Assembly: GCA_041391245.1 (NCBI GenBank)
Contig: JAWKOJ010000007.1
Span: forward strand, 141,883 to 205,882
DNA: 64,000 bases
Origin: Caldilineales bacterium
GTDB lineage: Bacteria > Chloroflexota > Anaerolineae > JAAEKA01
Reading direction: 5' to 3'
Shown: piece after piece, positions 1-8,510 of the stretch
How the letters are laid out: each line of letters begins with the position of its first letter
Position numbering within the stretch: the first letter of the stretch is position 1
The notes under the pieces: generated by a model
Seen by the model: the letters and a program-made list of their open reading frames with translations, nothing else
Told to the model about the DNA's origin: nothing
Databases searched by the model: none
Made by a program: the position numbers and the translations under genes

Positions 1-2713
1 CTCGGTCGCGATGCAGGCCGGCCAGGGCAATCCGGAAGGGGTGCGCCGCACCGTTACCGAGGAAGTCCTGCCCCGCCTGCAGCGGCTGGAGGGCGTGGCC
101 GATGCCACCGTCACCGGCGGCCGCGAGCGGGAGGTGCAGGTGCTGCTGGACGCGCAGGCGCTCAAGTCGCGCCGCGTTGCGCCGCAGCAGGTGATCGGCA
201 CCATCGTCGCCGAAAGCTGGAGCATTCCCGGCGGCAGCGTGCAGCAGGGCGGCCAGAATCTGCTCCTGCGCACCCCCGGCAACTTCAACACCGTCGACGA
301 CGTAGCCAACCTGCAGATCGCCTCGCCGCTAGGCGCGGTGCGGGTCGGCGACATCGCCACCGTGCAGGACGGCTGGAAGGAGCTGGACACCTACAGCCGG
401 CTGGACGGCCAGGATGCGGTCGTCATCTCGGTGCGCAAACAGTCGGGCACCAACACTGTGCAGGTCGCCTCGCGCGTCCACGATGAACTGGGCGCGCTGG
501 CCAGGGAGCGGCCGGACCTCAATCTGAACATCGTTCAGGACCAGTCGAAGTTCGTCGAGGAAAGCTTCAACGACGCCATGCGCGAGCTTCTTATCGGAGC
601 GCTGATGGCGTCGCTGGTGGTGTTCATCTTCTTCCGCAACCTGCGCAACACCCTGGTCACGGTGGCCGGCCTGCCGATCATCCTGCTGGGCACCTTCGGC
701 GTCATGTCGGCGCTGCACATGACCCTCAACATCGTCTCGCTGCTGGCCCTGACCCTGTCCGTCGGGTTGATCATCGACGACGCCATTGTTGTGCGCGAGA
801 ACGTTTTCCGGCACATGGAGATGGGCAAGTCGCCCAAGCAAGCCTCCAGCGATGGTACCGGCGAGGTGGCAATGCCGGTGGTAGCCATGTCGCTGACCAT
901 TGTCGCGGTCTTCCTGCCGATTGCCTTCGTCGGCGGCCTGATCGGCAAGTTCCTGAACTCCTTCGGAGTCGTCGTCAGCGTCGCGGTGCTGATCTCGCTG
1001 TTCGAGGCGCTTACCTTCGCACCCATGCTGTCGGCCCACCTCTTCAAGCGGCAGAAAGCCAAGTATACCGAAGAGGAAGCGGAGGCGCTGGAGACATCCC
1101 ACGCCGGCCTGGGTTGGATCGATCGCCAGTACAAGCATGTGCTGGGCTGGACATTGCGCCATCGCCTCGTCACCATCGCGGTTGTTACTGCCTTCGTGGT
1201 GGGCAGCCTGTGGTTTGCCAGGGATCTCAACCAGGCGTTCATGCCGGCGGTCGACCAGGGATCGGTCGATATCGGCCTCGTTCTGCCGCCCGGCACGGCC
1301 CTGTCGGAAACCGACAACGTGGCGAAGCAGATCGAGGCGCGCCTGCTGGCCCGCGACGACGTTGCCGCGGTGCTGGCCTCGGTCGGCGGCGCCGGCACGC
1401 CCGAGAATGCCTCTTTCACCGTGAGCCTCGCGCCCGGCGCGGCCGCCGATGACTTCGTCGCGACGGCCAGACGCGAGTTCAGCGATGTGCCCGGCCTCTC
1501 CATCAGCAGCGGCAGCTTCACGTCGATGGGCGGTGGCGGCGCCTCGGTACTGGGCATGCCCGTTCAGATCACCTTGCAGACCATCGGCGATACCGACGCA
1601 CTGAACACCTTTGCCGTCAGCCTGGCGGATCGGCTCAAGTCGATCCCCGGTCTGGTAGACGTCGATGTCTCGTATCGCCCCGGCAAGCCTGAGGTGCTGC
1701 TGGTGGTGGACCGGCGACGTGCGGCGGACATGGGCATCAACATCGCGACGGTCGGCAGCACCATCCGCACGCTGGTGGAAGGCGACGATGTCGCCACCTT
1801 CCGCGGCCAGGGTCCGGAGGCCGACATCCGCGTCCAGTTGCAGGAACAAGACCGCCAGAAGCTGGACCAGATCCTCGACCTGCAGGTGCCGACCGAGCGG
1901 GGCTTCGTGCCGCTGCGCCAGATCGCCTATCTTGAGCAAGCCAGCGGACCGACCGAGATCAACCGGGTGGACCGCCAGTCGGCGGTCATCATCGGCGCCA
2001 ACACCTTTGGCCGCGTCCAGGATGACGTGGTCGCCGACATCAGCGCGATGCTGGATCAGACCGAGTTCCCGGCCGGCGTCTCGTGGGAGTACACCGGGGA
2101 GCTGGCCCTGCAGAGCGAGTCGTTCAGCGCTATCGGGTTGGCGATGCTGCTGTCGGTGCTGTTTGTCTACATGGTGCTGGCGTCGCAGTTCGGATCGTTC
2201 ACCCAGCCGTTGGTCATCATGCTGGCTCTGCCGCTGGCTGTGATCGGCGGCCTGCTGGGGCTGGCGATCTTCAGGATGGAGCTGGATATGACAGCCATGA
2301 TCGGCATGATCCTGCTCATGGGGCTCGTGACCAAGAACTCGATTTTGCTGGTGGACAAGACCAACAAACTGCGCCGCGAGCACGGTATGGCGCGCGACCA
2401 GGCACTGATGGTGGCCGGCCCGATCCGGCTGCGTCCCATCCTGATGACGACGCTGGCGCTGATCCTGGGCATGCTGCCGGTGGCCGTCGGCCTGGGCGCG
2501 GGCAGCGACTTCCGCCAGCCCATGGCTATCGTGGTCATCTGCGGCCTGATCACCTCGACCCTGCTGACGATCCTGCTGGTCCCGACCGCCTACAGCCTGG
2601 TGGAAGGGGCCGTCTCCCGGTTCAACCGGGGACGGGCAAACCGGGCCGCGCGCCGGGAAGAAAAGGAAGCAGCCAGGCGGCGGGCCAAGGAAGCATCCGG
2701 CGCAGCGTCCTGA
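1..2713 (+). CDS. RND-family (AcrB-like) efflux transporter permease; N-terminus lies outside the window
   Basis: ORF 11..2713 stays open to the window edge. It has large periplasmic loops alternating with hydrophobic blocks, and RND-typical segments (LTLSVGLIIDDAIVVREN, ILLMGLVTKNSILLVD). Confidence 0.9.
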   Translation, partial: SVAMQAGQGNPEGVRRTVTEEVLPRLQRLEGVADATVTGGREREVQVLLDAQALKSRRVAPQQVIGTIVAESWSIPGGSVQQGGQNLLLRTPGNFNTVDDVANLQIASPLGAVRVGDIATVQDGWKELDTYSRLDGQDAVVISVRKQSGTNTVQVASRVHDELGALARERPDLNLNIVQDQSKFVEESFNDAMRELLIGALMASLVVFIFFRNLRNTLVTVAGLPIILLGTFGVMSALHMTLNIVSLLALTLSVGLIIDDAIVVRENVFRHMEMGKSPKQASSDGTGEVAMPVVAMSLTIVAVFLPIAFVGGLIGKFLNSFGVVVSVAVLISLFEALTFAPMLSAHLFKRQKAKYTEEEAEALETSHAGLGWIDRQYKHVLGWTLRHRLVTIAVVTAFVVGSLWFARDLNQAFMPAVDQGSVDIGLVLPPGTALSETDNVAKQIEARLLARDDVAAVLASVGGAGTPENASFTVSLAPGAAADDFVATARREFSDVPGLSISSGSFTSMGGGGASVLGMPVQITLQTIGDTDALNTFAVSLADRLKSIPGLVDVDVSYRPGKPEVLLVVDRRRAADMGINIATVGSTIRTLVEGDDVATFRGQGPEADIRVQLQEQDRQKLDQILDLQVPTERGFVPLRQIAYLEQASGPTEINRVDRQSAVIIGANTFGRVQDDVVADISAMLDQTEFPAGVSWEYTGELALQSESFSAIGLAMLLSVLFVYMVLASQFGSFTQPLVIMLALPLAVIGGLLGLAIFRMELDMTAMIGMILLMGLVTKNSILLVDKTNKLRREHGMARDQALMVAGPIRLRPILMTTLALILGMLPVAVGLGAGSDFRQPMAIVVICGLITSTLLTILLVPTAYSLVEGAVSRFNRGRANRAARREEKEAARRRAKEASGAAS

Positions 2714-2731
2714 CCGCCGGCAAGGGAAACA

Positions 2732-2770
2732 CGCAGCGCCGGCCTGGTGTTCCATCAGGCCGGCGCTGCG
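2732..2770 (+). terminator. GC-rich hairpin just after the RND gene stop
   Basis: Perfect 15-bp inverted repeat cgcagcgccggcctg / caggccggcgctgcg with a 9-nt loop. The following T tract is weak (attcc). Confidence 0.45.
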
Positions 2771-2811
2771 ATTCCGGGCATGCCGTCAGAACACCGCAGC
2801 CCAATCCGACT

Positions 2812-3012
2812 TCGTAGGATAGCCCCTTGTGGGCGCCCGCAGGAGAAGCGGGACGGGCACAAGGCCCTATCCTGCGCCCTGACCCGACGCAAAACCGAGA
2901 TCGTAGGATAGCCCCTTGTGGGCGCCGCAGGAAAGCGGACGGGCACAAGGCCTATCCTGCACGCCCTGACCCGACGCAAAACCGAGATCGTAGGATAGCC
3001 CCTTGTGGGCGT
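2812..3012. repeat. Tandem repeat, about 88-bp unit x 2.3 copies, each unit with an internal imperfect palindrome
   Basis: Units start at 2812, 2901 and 2988 (tcgtaggatagccccttgtgggcg...). Each holds ggatagcccc ttgtg ggc ... gggcacaagg ccctatcc. Confidence 0.85.
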
Positions 3013-3051
3013 TCGGGACGACTGTTGCAGGGGGCAAGAATCGCCGCGTAT

Positions 3052-3080
3052 TTGACAGTGCTATTCGCGGCGTATACAAT
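3052..3080 (+). promoter_or_regulatory. Sigma70-like promoter for the corrinoid operon
   Basis: TTGACA (3052-3057), a 17-nt spacer, then TACAAT (3075-3080), about 90 nt upstream of the ATG at 3168. Confidence 0.5.
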
Positions 3081-3167
3081 CCCTTGGTTACGCCGCCGGG
3101 CGACCCCGCCCGCGCCGCGCCGCGGCATATCGCAGGCGCAACCGACCTTCCCGACGAGCCATACACC

Positions 3168-5420
3168 ATGCCTTCAACCTCTCCCGCCGCCACGGCTGAC
3201 CAGCGCAACGGAAACGCTCGATCTGAGCGTCGGCTGCACCGCGTGGTCTTTCAGCCGGCAGGCCGGCAGGGCGACGTGCCCGAAGGAACCAGTCTGCTGG
3301 ATGCCGCGCGGCTGCTGGGCGTGGAGATCGAGTCGATCTGCGGAGGCAAACAGACCTGCGGCAAGTGCCAGGTCCGCATCGAAACAGGCCAGTTCAGCCG
3401 CCTGGGGATCGAGTCGTCCCCCGATCACGTCACCCCGGAAGCGGCACGCGAGGCGCGCTACCGGGAGGAAAAGGGCCTGCTGCCCGGCTGCCGGCAAAGC
3501 TGCGCCGCCCAGGTGCTGGGCGACGTGCTGGTCACCGTGCCCGAGGAGAGCCGGACCCATAAGCAGGTGGTGCGCAAGGCCGCCAGCCAGCGGGCGTTCG
3601 AGGTCAACCCGGCCATGCGGCTGTGTTATGTCGAATTACCGGCGGCCACCATGGACGACGAACGCAGCGACTGGGCGCGGCTGGCCGACGAACTGGCGGC
3701 GCGCTTCGACCTCGACCGCGCGCAGCTGGCCATCGACCCGGTGATCCTGCCCGCCTTGCAGCCCGCGCTCAGCCAGGGCCGCATGCGCACGCCGGAGGGC
3801 GAGGCGGTCCACGCCGTGACGGCCACCGTCTGGCACGACCGGCAGGTGGTGCGGCTGCAACCGGGCTACCGCGAGGAACTGTTCGGCGTTGCGGTGGACA
3901 TCGGCACCACCACCATCGCCGCGCATCTGGCCGAGCTGCGCACGGGACGCATCCTGGCGACCGCCAGCCGCATGAACCCGCAGATCACCTACGGCGAAGA
4001 CCTGATGTCGCGGGTCTCCTACGTCATGGAGCACCGGGACGGGCTGGCGACCCTCCGCGGCGCGGTGATCGACGCCCTCAACGGCCTGGTGGCCGATGCG
4101 ACCGACGAGGCAGACCTGACCCCCGGCGATGTCGTGGAGATGACCGCGGTGGGCAACACCATCATGCACCACATCTTCCTCGGGATCGACCCGACGGCCC
4201 TGGGCGGCGCGCCGTTTGCCACCGCCATCAAGGAGTCGCTGGACGTAAAGGCCAGGGATCTGGGCCTGCGCATCGCTCCCGGCGCCAACGTTCACATCCC
4301 GCCCGTCGAGGCCGGCTACGTCGGCGCGGACAACGTGGCCGTCATCATCGCCGAGGAGCCGCACCGCCGCGATCCGGTCACGCTGCTGATCGACGTCGGC
4401 ACCAACGGCGAGATCGTCCTGGGCAACCGCCGGCGGCTGCTCTCCGCCTCCTCCCCCACCGGCCCTGCCTTCGAGGGCGCGCAGGTGCTGCACGGCATGC
4501 GGGCTGCGCCGGGCGCGATCGAGCGGGTGCGCATCGACCCGGCGACGCTGGAAGTGCAGTACAAGGTTATCGGACGGGACGAATGGGTGAGGTCGGAGAA
4601 GGAAAAGAAGGAAAGAAGGGCAGACGGGCAGATAGCAGATAGCAGATGGCAGATGGCGGATGGCGGAGATTCGACGCTGAGCGCCAGGGAGGCGCGCGAG
4701 TTGCGGCAGCGGCTGCGGGCTGAGGAGCAGGCGACGGTGAAGGCGGCCGGCATTTGCGGGTCCGGCATCATCGAGGCGATTGCCGAGCTGTTTCTGGCCG
4801 GGCTGATGGACGGCAGCGGGCGCCTGGTCCCGGCGGCGCCTACCGACCGGCTGCAGTTCGAGGGCGCCAAGGGTTATTTTGTGCTGGCCTGGCCCCACGA
4901 AACCTCCACCGGCCGCGCGATCGTGGTCCACAGCGACGACATCCGCGCCATCCAGCTTGCCAAGGCCGCGCTGTACGCCGGCGCCAAGCTGCTGATGCGC
5001 CACTACAACCTGGAGAGCGTCGACCGGATCGTGCTGGCCGGCGCGTTCGGCTCCTACATCGACCCGCAGCACGCGATGGTGCTGGGGCTGATCCCCGACT
5101 GCGACCTGGATCACGTCAGCGCCGTCGGCAACGCGGCCGGCGACGGCGCGCTGATCCTGTTGCTCAACCAGGAAAAGCGGCGCGAGGCCGACCAGGTCGC
5201 GCGCGAGGTGCACCACGTGCAGACCGCAACCGACCCGCATTTCGAGAACGAGTTCGTGGCGGCGATTCACATCCCGCACAAGACCGATGCGTTTCCGCAT
5301 CTCCAGCCGCTGCTGGACGCCGCCGAGGCGCAACGTATCGTGCCGCCGCCGCCGACAGAGAACGGTAGCCGCGCGGGCAGATCGCGCGCCGAACGCCGTG
5401 AGCGGCAGCGCGTGGCCTGA
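3168..5420 (+). CDS. Corrinoid activation/regeneration protein (RACo-like: N-terminal [2Fe-2S] ferredoxin domain plus ASKHA/DUF4445 ATPase)
   Basis: The ATG at 3168 lies within ORF 3003..5420. The cysteine motif CGGKQTCGKCQV is present, followed by the long ASKHA-type domain (VAVDIGTTTIAAHL, LIDVGTNGEIVLG, GICGSGIIEAI). Confidence 0.85.
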   Translation: MPSTSPAATADQRNGNARSERRLHRVVFQPAGRQGDVPEGTSLLDAARLLGVEIESICGGKQTCGKCQVRIETGQFSRLGIESSPDHVTPEAAREARYREEKGLLPGCRQSCAAQVLGDVLVTVPEESRTHKQVVRKAASQRAFEVNPAMRLCYVELPAATMDDERSDWARLADELAARFDLDRAQLAIDPVILPALQPALSQGRMRTPEGEAVHAVTATVWHDRQVVRLQPGYREELFGVAVDIGTTTIAAHLAELRTGRILATASRMNPQITYGEDLMSRVSYVMEHRDGLATLRGAVIDALNGLVADATDEADLTPGDVVEMTAVGNTIMHHIFLGIDPTALGGAPFATAIKESLDVKARDLGLRIAPGANVHIPPVEAGYVGADNVAVIIAEEPHRRDPVTLLIDVGTNGEIVLGNRRRLLSASSPTGPAFEGAQVLHGMRAAPGAIERVRIDPATLEVQYKVIGRDEWVRSEKEKKERRADGQIADSRWQMADGGDSTLSAREARELRQRLRAEEQATVKAAGICGSGIIEAIAELFLAGLMDGSGRLVPAAPTDRLQFEGAKGYFVLAWPHETSTGRAIVVHSDDIRAIQLAKAALYAGAKLLMRHYNLESVDRIVLAGAFGSYIDPQHAMVLGLIPDCDLDHVSAVGNAAGDGALILLLNQEKRREADQVAREVHHVQTATDPHFENEFVAAIHIPHKTDAFPHLQPLLDAAEAQRIVPPPPTENGSRAGRSRAERRERQRVA

Positions 5421-5483
5421 GGTGACAGTCACTTTCGGCTCCATCCGCTCCACTACAGGAGTCTGCGAAAAGTGACTGTCGCC
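5420..5483 (+). repeat. Inverted repeat downstream of the RACo gene (word GGTGACAGTCAC)
   Basis: aggtgacagtcacttt (5420-5435) pairs with aaagtgactgtcgcct (5468-5483), 15 of 16 bp, about 32-nt loop. There is no U tract. Confidence 0.6.
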
Positions 5484-5536
5484 TGGTAAGCGACTGCCAC
5501 CTGGACCGAAGACGTCAACAAAGAGAAAGAGACAGC

Positions 5537-6229
5537 ATGAGCGACAACGGCTTAGACGCCTTACCCACCGAATTGCAAGATCTTTATCTCACCATGCAGG
5601 ACGACCTGTACGACGGGCTGAAGGACGAGGTCGTCGCAGCCACGGTCGCCGCGCTGGAGGAGTGGCAGCAGACGCCGGGTGAGATCCTGGCGCGCGGGCT
5701 GGTGGCCGGCATGGACATTGTCGGCGAGGACTTCCGCGATGGCATTCTGTTCGTGCCCGAGGTGCTGATGGCCGCCAAGGCCATGAAGGGCGCGATGGAG
5801 ATCCTGCGCCCCCTGCTGACCGACGCCAAGGACGTACAGCGGCAAGGCACCGTCGTCATCGGCACCGTCAAGGGCGACATCCACGATATCGGCAAGAACC
5901 TGGTGGGCATGATGCTGGAAGGCGCGGGTTTCGAGGTGATCAACCTGGGCATCAACGTGGACGCCGACCAGTTCATCGCCGCGCTGCGCGAGCACAACGC
6001 CGAGCTGCTGGGCATGTCGGCGCTGCTAACCACCACCATGCCCTACATGCGGGTGGTCATCAACCGCCTGGTCGAGGAAGGCATGCGCAAGGACGTCAAC
6101 GTCATCGTCGGCGGCGCGCCGCTGACCGAGGCGTTCGCCGAGGACATCGGCGCCGACCGGTACTGCGAGGACGCAGCCGTGGCCGTGGAGACCGCCAAGG
6201 CGTTGATGCGAATCAGGCGGGGCGAGTGA
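5537..6229 (+). CDS. Methyltransferase-cognate corrinoid (B12-binding) protein
   Basis: An N-terminal helical cap precedes a Rossmann B12 domain carrying the DxHxxG motif (GDIHDIGKN) and SALLTTTM. Confidence 0.85.
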   Translation: MSDNGLDALPTELQDLYLTMQDDLYDGLKDEVVAATVAALEEWQQTPGEILARGLVAGMDIVGEDFRDGILFVPEVLMAAKAMKGAMEILRPLLTDAKDVQRQGTVVIGTVKGDIHDIGKNLVGMMLEGAGFEVINLGINVDADQFIAALREHNAELLGMSALLTTTMPYMRVVINRLVEEGMRKDVNVIVGGAPLTEAFAEDIGADRYCEDAAVAVETAKALMRIRRGE

Positions 6230-6292
6230 TCAGTGATCGGTAACCAGTAATCAGTTGTCAGAGGTTACTGTTCACCAGACCGAAGGAGTATC

Positions 6293-7267
6293 ATGAGCGA
6301 TCGACTACTGGAGATGTTGCAAGACAAATCGCTGGTGCTGGGCGACGGCGCGATGGGCACGATGCTGCAGCAGGCCGGGCTGACCGACGGCGGCGCGCCG
6401 GAGCTGTGGAACGTCAAGCGACCCGATGTGGTGCGCGCCATCTACCAGGGCTACGCCGACGCCGGCAGCGACATCATCACCACCAACAGCTTCGGCGGCA
6501 CCAGCTACCGGCTCAAACTGCACAAGCTGCAAGACCAGGTCTTCGAACTAAACCAGGCCGCGGCGGCGCTGGCACGCGAGGTGGCCGGGACGGACCATCT
6601 GGTAGCCGGGTCTGTCGGCCCGACGGGAGAGCTGATGGTGCCGCTGGGTCCGGTGACGATTCCCGAGGCGCGGGCAGCCTTTGCCGAGCAGGTCGCGGGG
6701 CTGGCAGCAGGCGGCGTGGATTTCATCCTGATCGAGACCATGAGTTCGCTGGACGAGGTGCAGGCCGCGGTCGAGGGAGCGCGCGAGGCGTGCGACCTGC
6801 CGGTCGTGGTCACCATGACCTTCGACACCAACTACCGCACCATGATGGGCGTGACGCCGGCGCAGGCCGTGCAGACGCTCCATTCCTGGGGCGTGACCGT
6901 CATCGGCGCCAACTGCGGCAACGGCCCGGCCGAGATCGAGCGCATCATGTGGGAGATGGCGCAGGCGCGGCCCGAAGGCGTGGTGCTGATGGCGCAGTCC
7001 AACGCCGGCCTGCCCCGCTGGCAGGGCGGCGAGATCGCCTACGACGGCACGCCTGAGGTGATGGCGGACTACGCGCAGCGGATGCGGGCGCTGGGCGTCG
7101 AGGTCATCGGCGCCTGCTGCGGCAGCACACCGGCGCACCTGGCCGCGATGCGGGCCGCGCTGGATGGCCCGCCGCTGGCGGGCTATGAGCCGCATTTCGA
7201 GCAGAAAGAGCCGGTCGATACCGGCAACCGACGAGCGGCACGGCGCGCGCAACGTGAGCACGCGTGA
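6293..7267 (+). CDS. Homocysteine S-methyltransferase-domain protein (MetH N-terminal-like, stand-alone)
   Basis: LVLGDGAMGTMLQ, DIITTNSFG, GANCGNGP and GACCGSTP (zinc-thiolate Cys pair) are typical of the Hcy-binding domain. Confidence 0.8.
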   Translation: MSDRLLEMLQDKSLVLGDGAMGTMLQQAGLTDGGAPELWNVKRPDVVRAIYQGYADAGSDIITTNSFGGTSYRLKLHKLQDQVFELNQAAAALAREVAGTDHLVAGSVGPTGELMVPLGPVTIPEARAAFAEQVAGLAAGGVDFILIETMSSLDEVQAAVEGAREACDLPVVVTMTFDTNYRTMMGVTPAQAVQTLHSWGVTVIGANCGNGPAEIERIMWEMAQARPEGVVLMAQSNAGLPRWQGGEIAYDGTPEVMADYAQRMRALGVEVIGACCGSTPAHLAAMRAALDGPPLAGYEPHFEQKEPVDTGNRRAARRAQREHA

Positions 7268-7284
7268 TAATTGTGGAGCCAATG

Positions 7285-7352
7285 CTATGGCCGGTCTCCG
7301 ACCGAGTCCACAGGTGTAACCTACAGGTGGCTCGGTCGGAGACCGGCCATAG
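7285..7352. repeat. Perfect 22-bp inverted repeat with a 24-nt spacer
   Basis: ctatggccggtctccgaccgag (7285-7306) is the exact reverse complement of ctcggtcggagaccggccatag (7331-7352). Confidence 0.85.
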
Positions 7353-7399
7353 CGACCCCAGACTAATGAGAGAAACCCTTGACGAGCCAAGAGTCGGCA

Positions 7400-7705
7400 A
7401 TGCAACTACGCGATAGAAGTATCATTTGGCGCACGCTGCTGCTGGTGGTCTGCCTGCTGGCCGGGCTGGTGCTGGTCAACGCGGCCATGTCGCTGTTCGA
7501 TGTGTGGCAGTTGGACACCGGCGCGCCGGTACCCACACCATGGAGCAACCTGTTCGACGCAGGGCGCGCCTCGCAGCGGTCAGACACATTGGCGCTGCTG
7601 GGAACTGCCCTGCTGGGCGGCGCCGGGCTGGCCTGCCTGATCTTTTTCCTGGAACGGTCGATCAAGGGTGTGGTCGGCTGGACCCAGGACAAACTGCGCA
7701 AGTAG
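7400..7705 (+). CDS. Hypothetical small membrane protein (two predicted TM segments)
   Basis: ATG at 7400 inside ORF 7379..7705. There are two hydrophobic stretches and no recognisable family. Confidence 0.35.
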   Translation: MQLRDRSIIWRTLLLVVCLLAGLVLVNAAMSLFDVWQLDTGAPVPTPWSNLFDAGRASQRSDTLALLGTALLGGAGLACLIFFLERSIKGVVGWTQDKLRK

Positions 7706-7712
7706 CACGGGA

Positions 7713-8510
7713 ATGCCGGGCAGCAAAGGAGCTTTCGACTGGCGTTACGTGCGCTGGGAGCGCGGCGTCCCGACCCCCGTGGACGGTGTTGTCATCCACG
7801 AGGAGCAGATACGCATCCATGTCAACGGCCTGGAGCTGGTGTCGTTCATGTGCACGCCCAAGGATCTGGACCAGTTGGCGCTGGGCTTTCTGCGCTCGGA
7901 AGGGATCATCCAGGACATCGCCGACGTGCGGCTGATCCACACCTGTCCCAGCGAGACCTGCGTCGAGGTGTGGCTGCGCGACGCTGAGCCGGTGCTGCCC
8001 GGGCGGGCCATCGTTACGTCGGGCTGCGGCGGCGGCGTGACCTTCGACGACCTGAGCCAGCGCGTGCCGCCGGTCGAGTCGACGGTGACAATGACCGCCC
8101 GCCAGGTCAGCGAGGGTATGCGCCAGTTGATGGATGTGGCGACGCTCTATCGCCTGACGAGGGGCGTTCACACGTCGGCGCTGAGCGATGGCCAGCGCAT
8201 CATTGCCCAGGCTGAAGACGTGGGCCGCCACAACACCATCGACAAGCTGTGGGGCTACTGCCTGCAGCAAGGCATCGCCACCGCCGGCCGGACCTTGCTG
8301 GCTACCGGCCGCATCAGCTCGGAGATGCTCAACAAGGCCGCCAAGATGCGCATTCCCGTGGTTGCCAGCCGCACCTCGCCCACCAGCCTGAGCGTGCAAC
8401 TGGCCCGCGAGTGGAACATCACCCTGATCGGATATGCCCGCGGCGAGAACTTCAACGTCTACGCGGCAGCAGAACGTATCCGCCCGACCAGTCAACCGGA
8501 ACAACCATGA
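7713..8510 (+). CDS. fdhD: Formate dehydrogenase accessory sulfurtransferase FdhD
   Basis: ATG at 7713. Motifs TSGCGGG, EDVGRHNTIDK, SGRISSEM and ASRTSPTSL are present. Confidence 0.85.
   Translation: MPGSKGAFDWRYVRWERGVPTPVDGVVIHEEQIRIHVNGLELVSFMCTPKDLDQLALGFLRSEGIIQDIADVRLIHTCPSETCVEVWLRDAEPVLPGRAIVTSGCGGGVTFDDLSQRVPPVESTVTMTARQVSEGMRQLMDVATLYRLTRGVHTSALSDGQRIIAQAEDVGRHNTIDKLWGYCLQQGIATAGRTLLATGRISSEMLNKAAKMRIPVVASRTSPTSLSVQLAREWNITLIGYARGENFNVYAAAERIRPTSQPEQP

Noticed and set aside
329-2755. Very long ORFs antisense to, or out of frame with, clear genes (for example 329..2755-, 3636..5453-, 29930..33598+, 34783..37551+, 40673..42088-, 44965..46512-).
   Set aside because: Their composition is R/A/G/P/H-rich, as is typical of stop-poor alternative frames in GC-rich DNA. 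Each is fully shadowed by a gene with strong family signatures.
2812-3012. Considered whether the repeat was a CRISPR array.
   Set aside because: The units are contiguous 88-bp tandem copies with no unique spacers, and no cas genes are nearby.
7331-7352. ctcggtcggagaccggcc resembles the cobalamin riboswitch B12-box (…GGAGACCKGCC) and lies near corrinoid genes.
   Set aside because: Only the 3' half of the box matches. No other riboswitch core elements are present in the about 110-nt spacer. The motif is part of a perfect inverted repeat and recurs in non-5'-UTR contexts.
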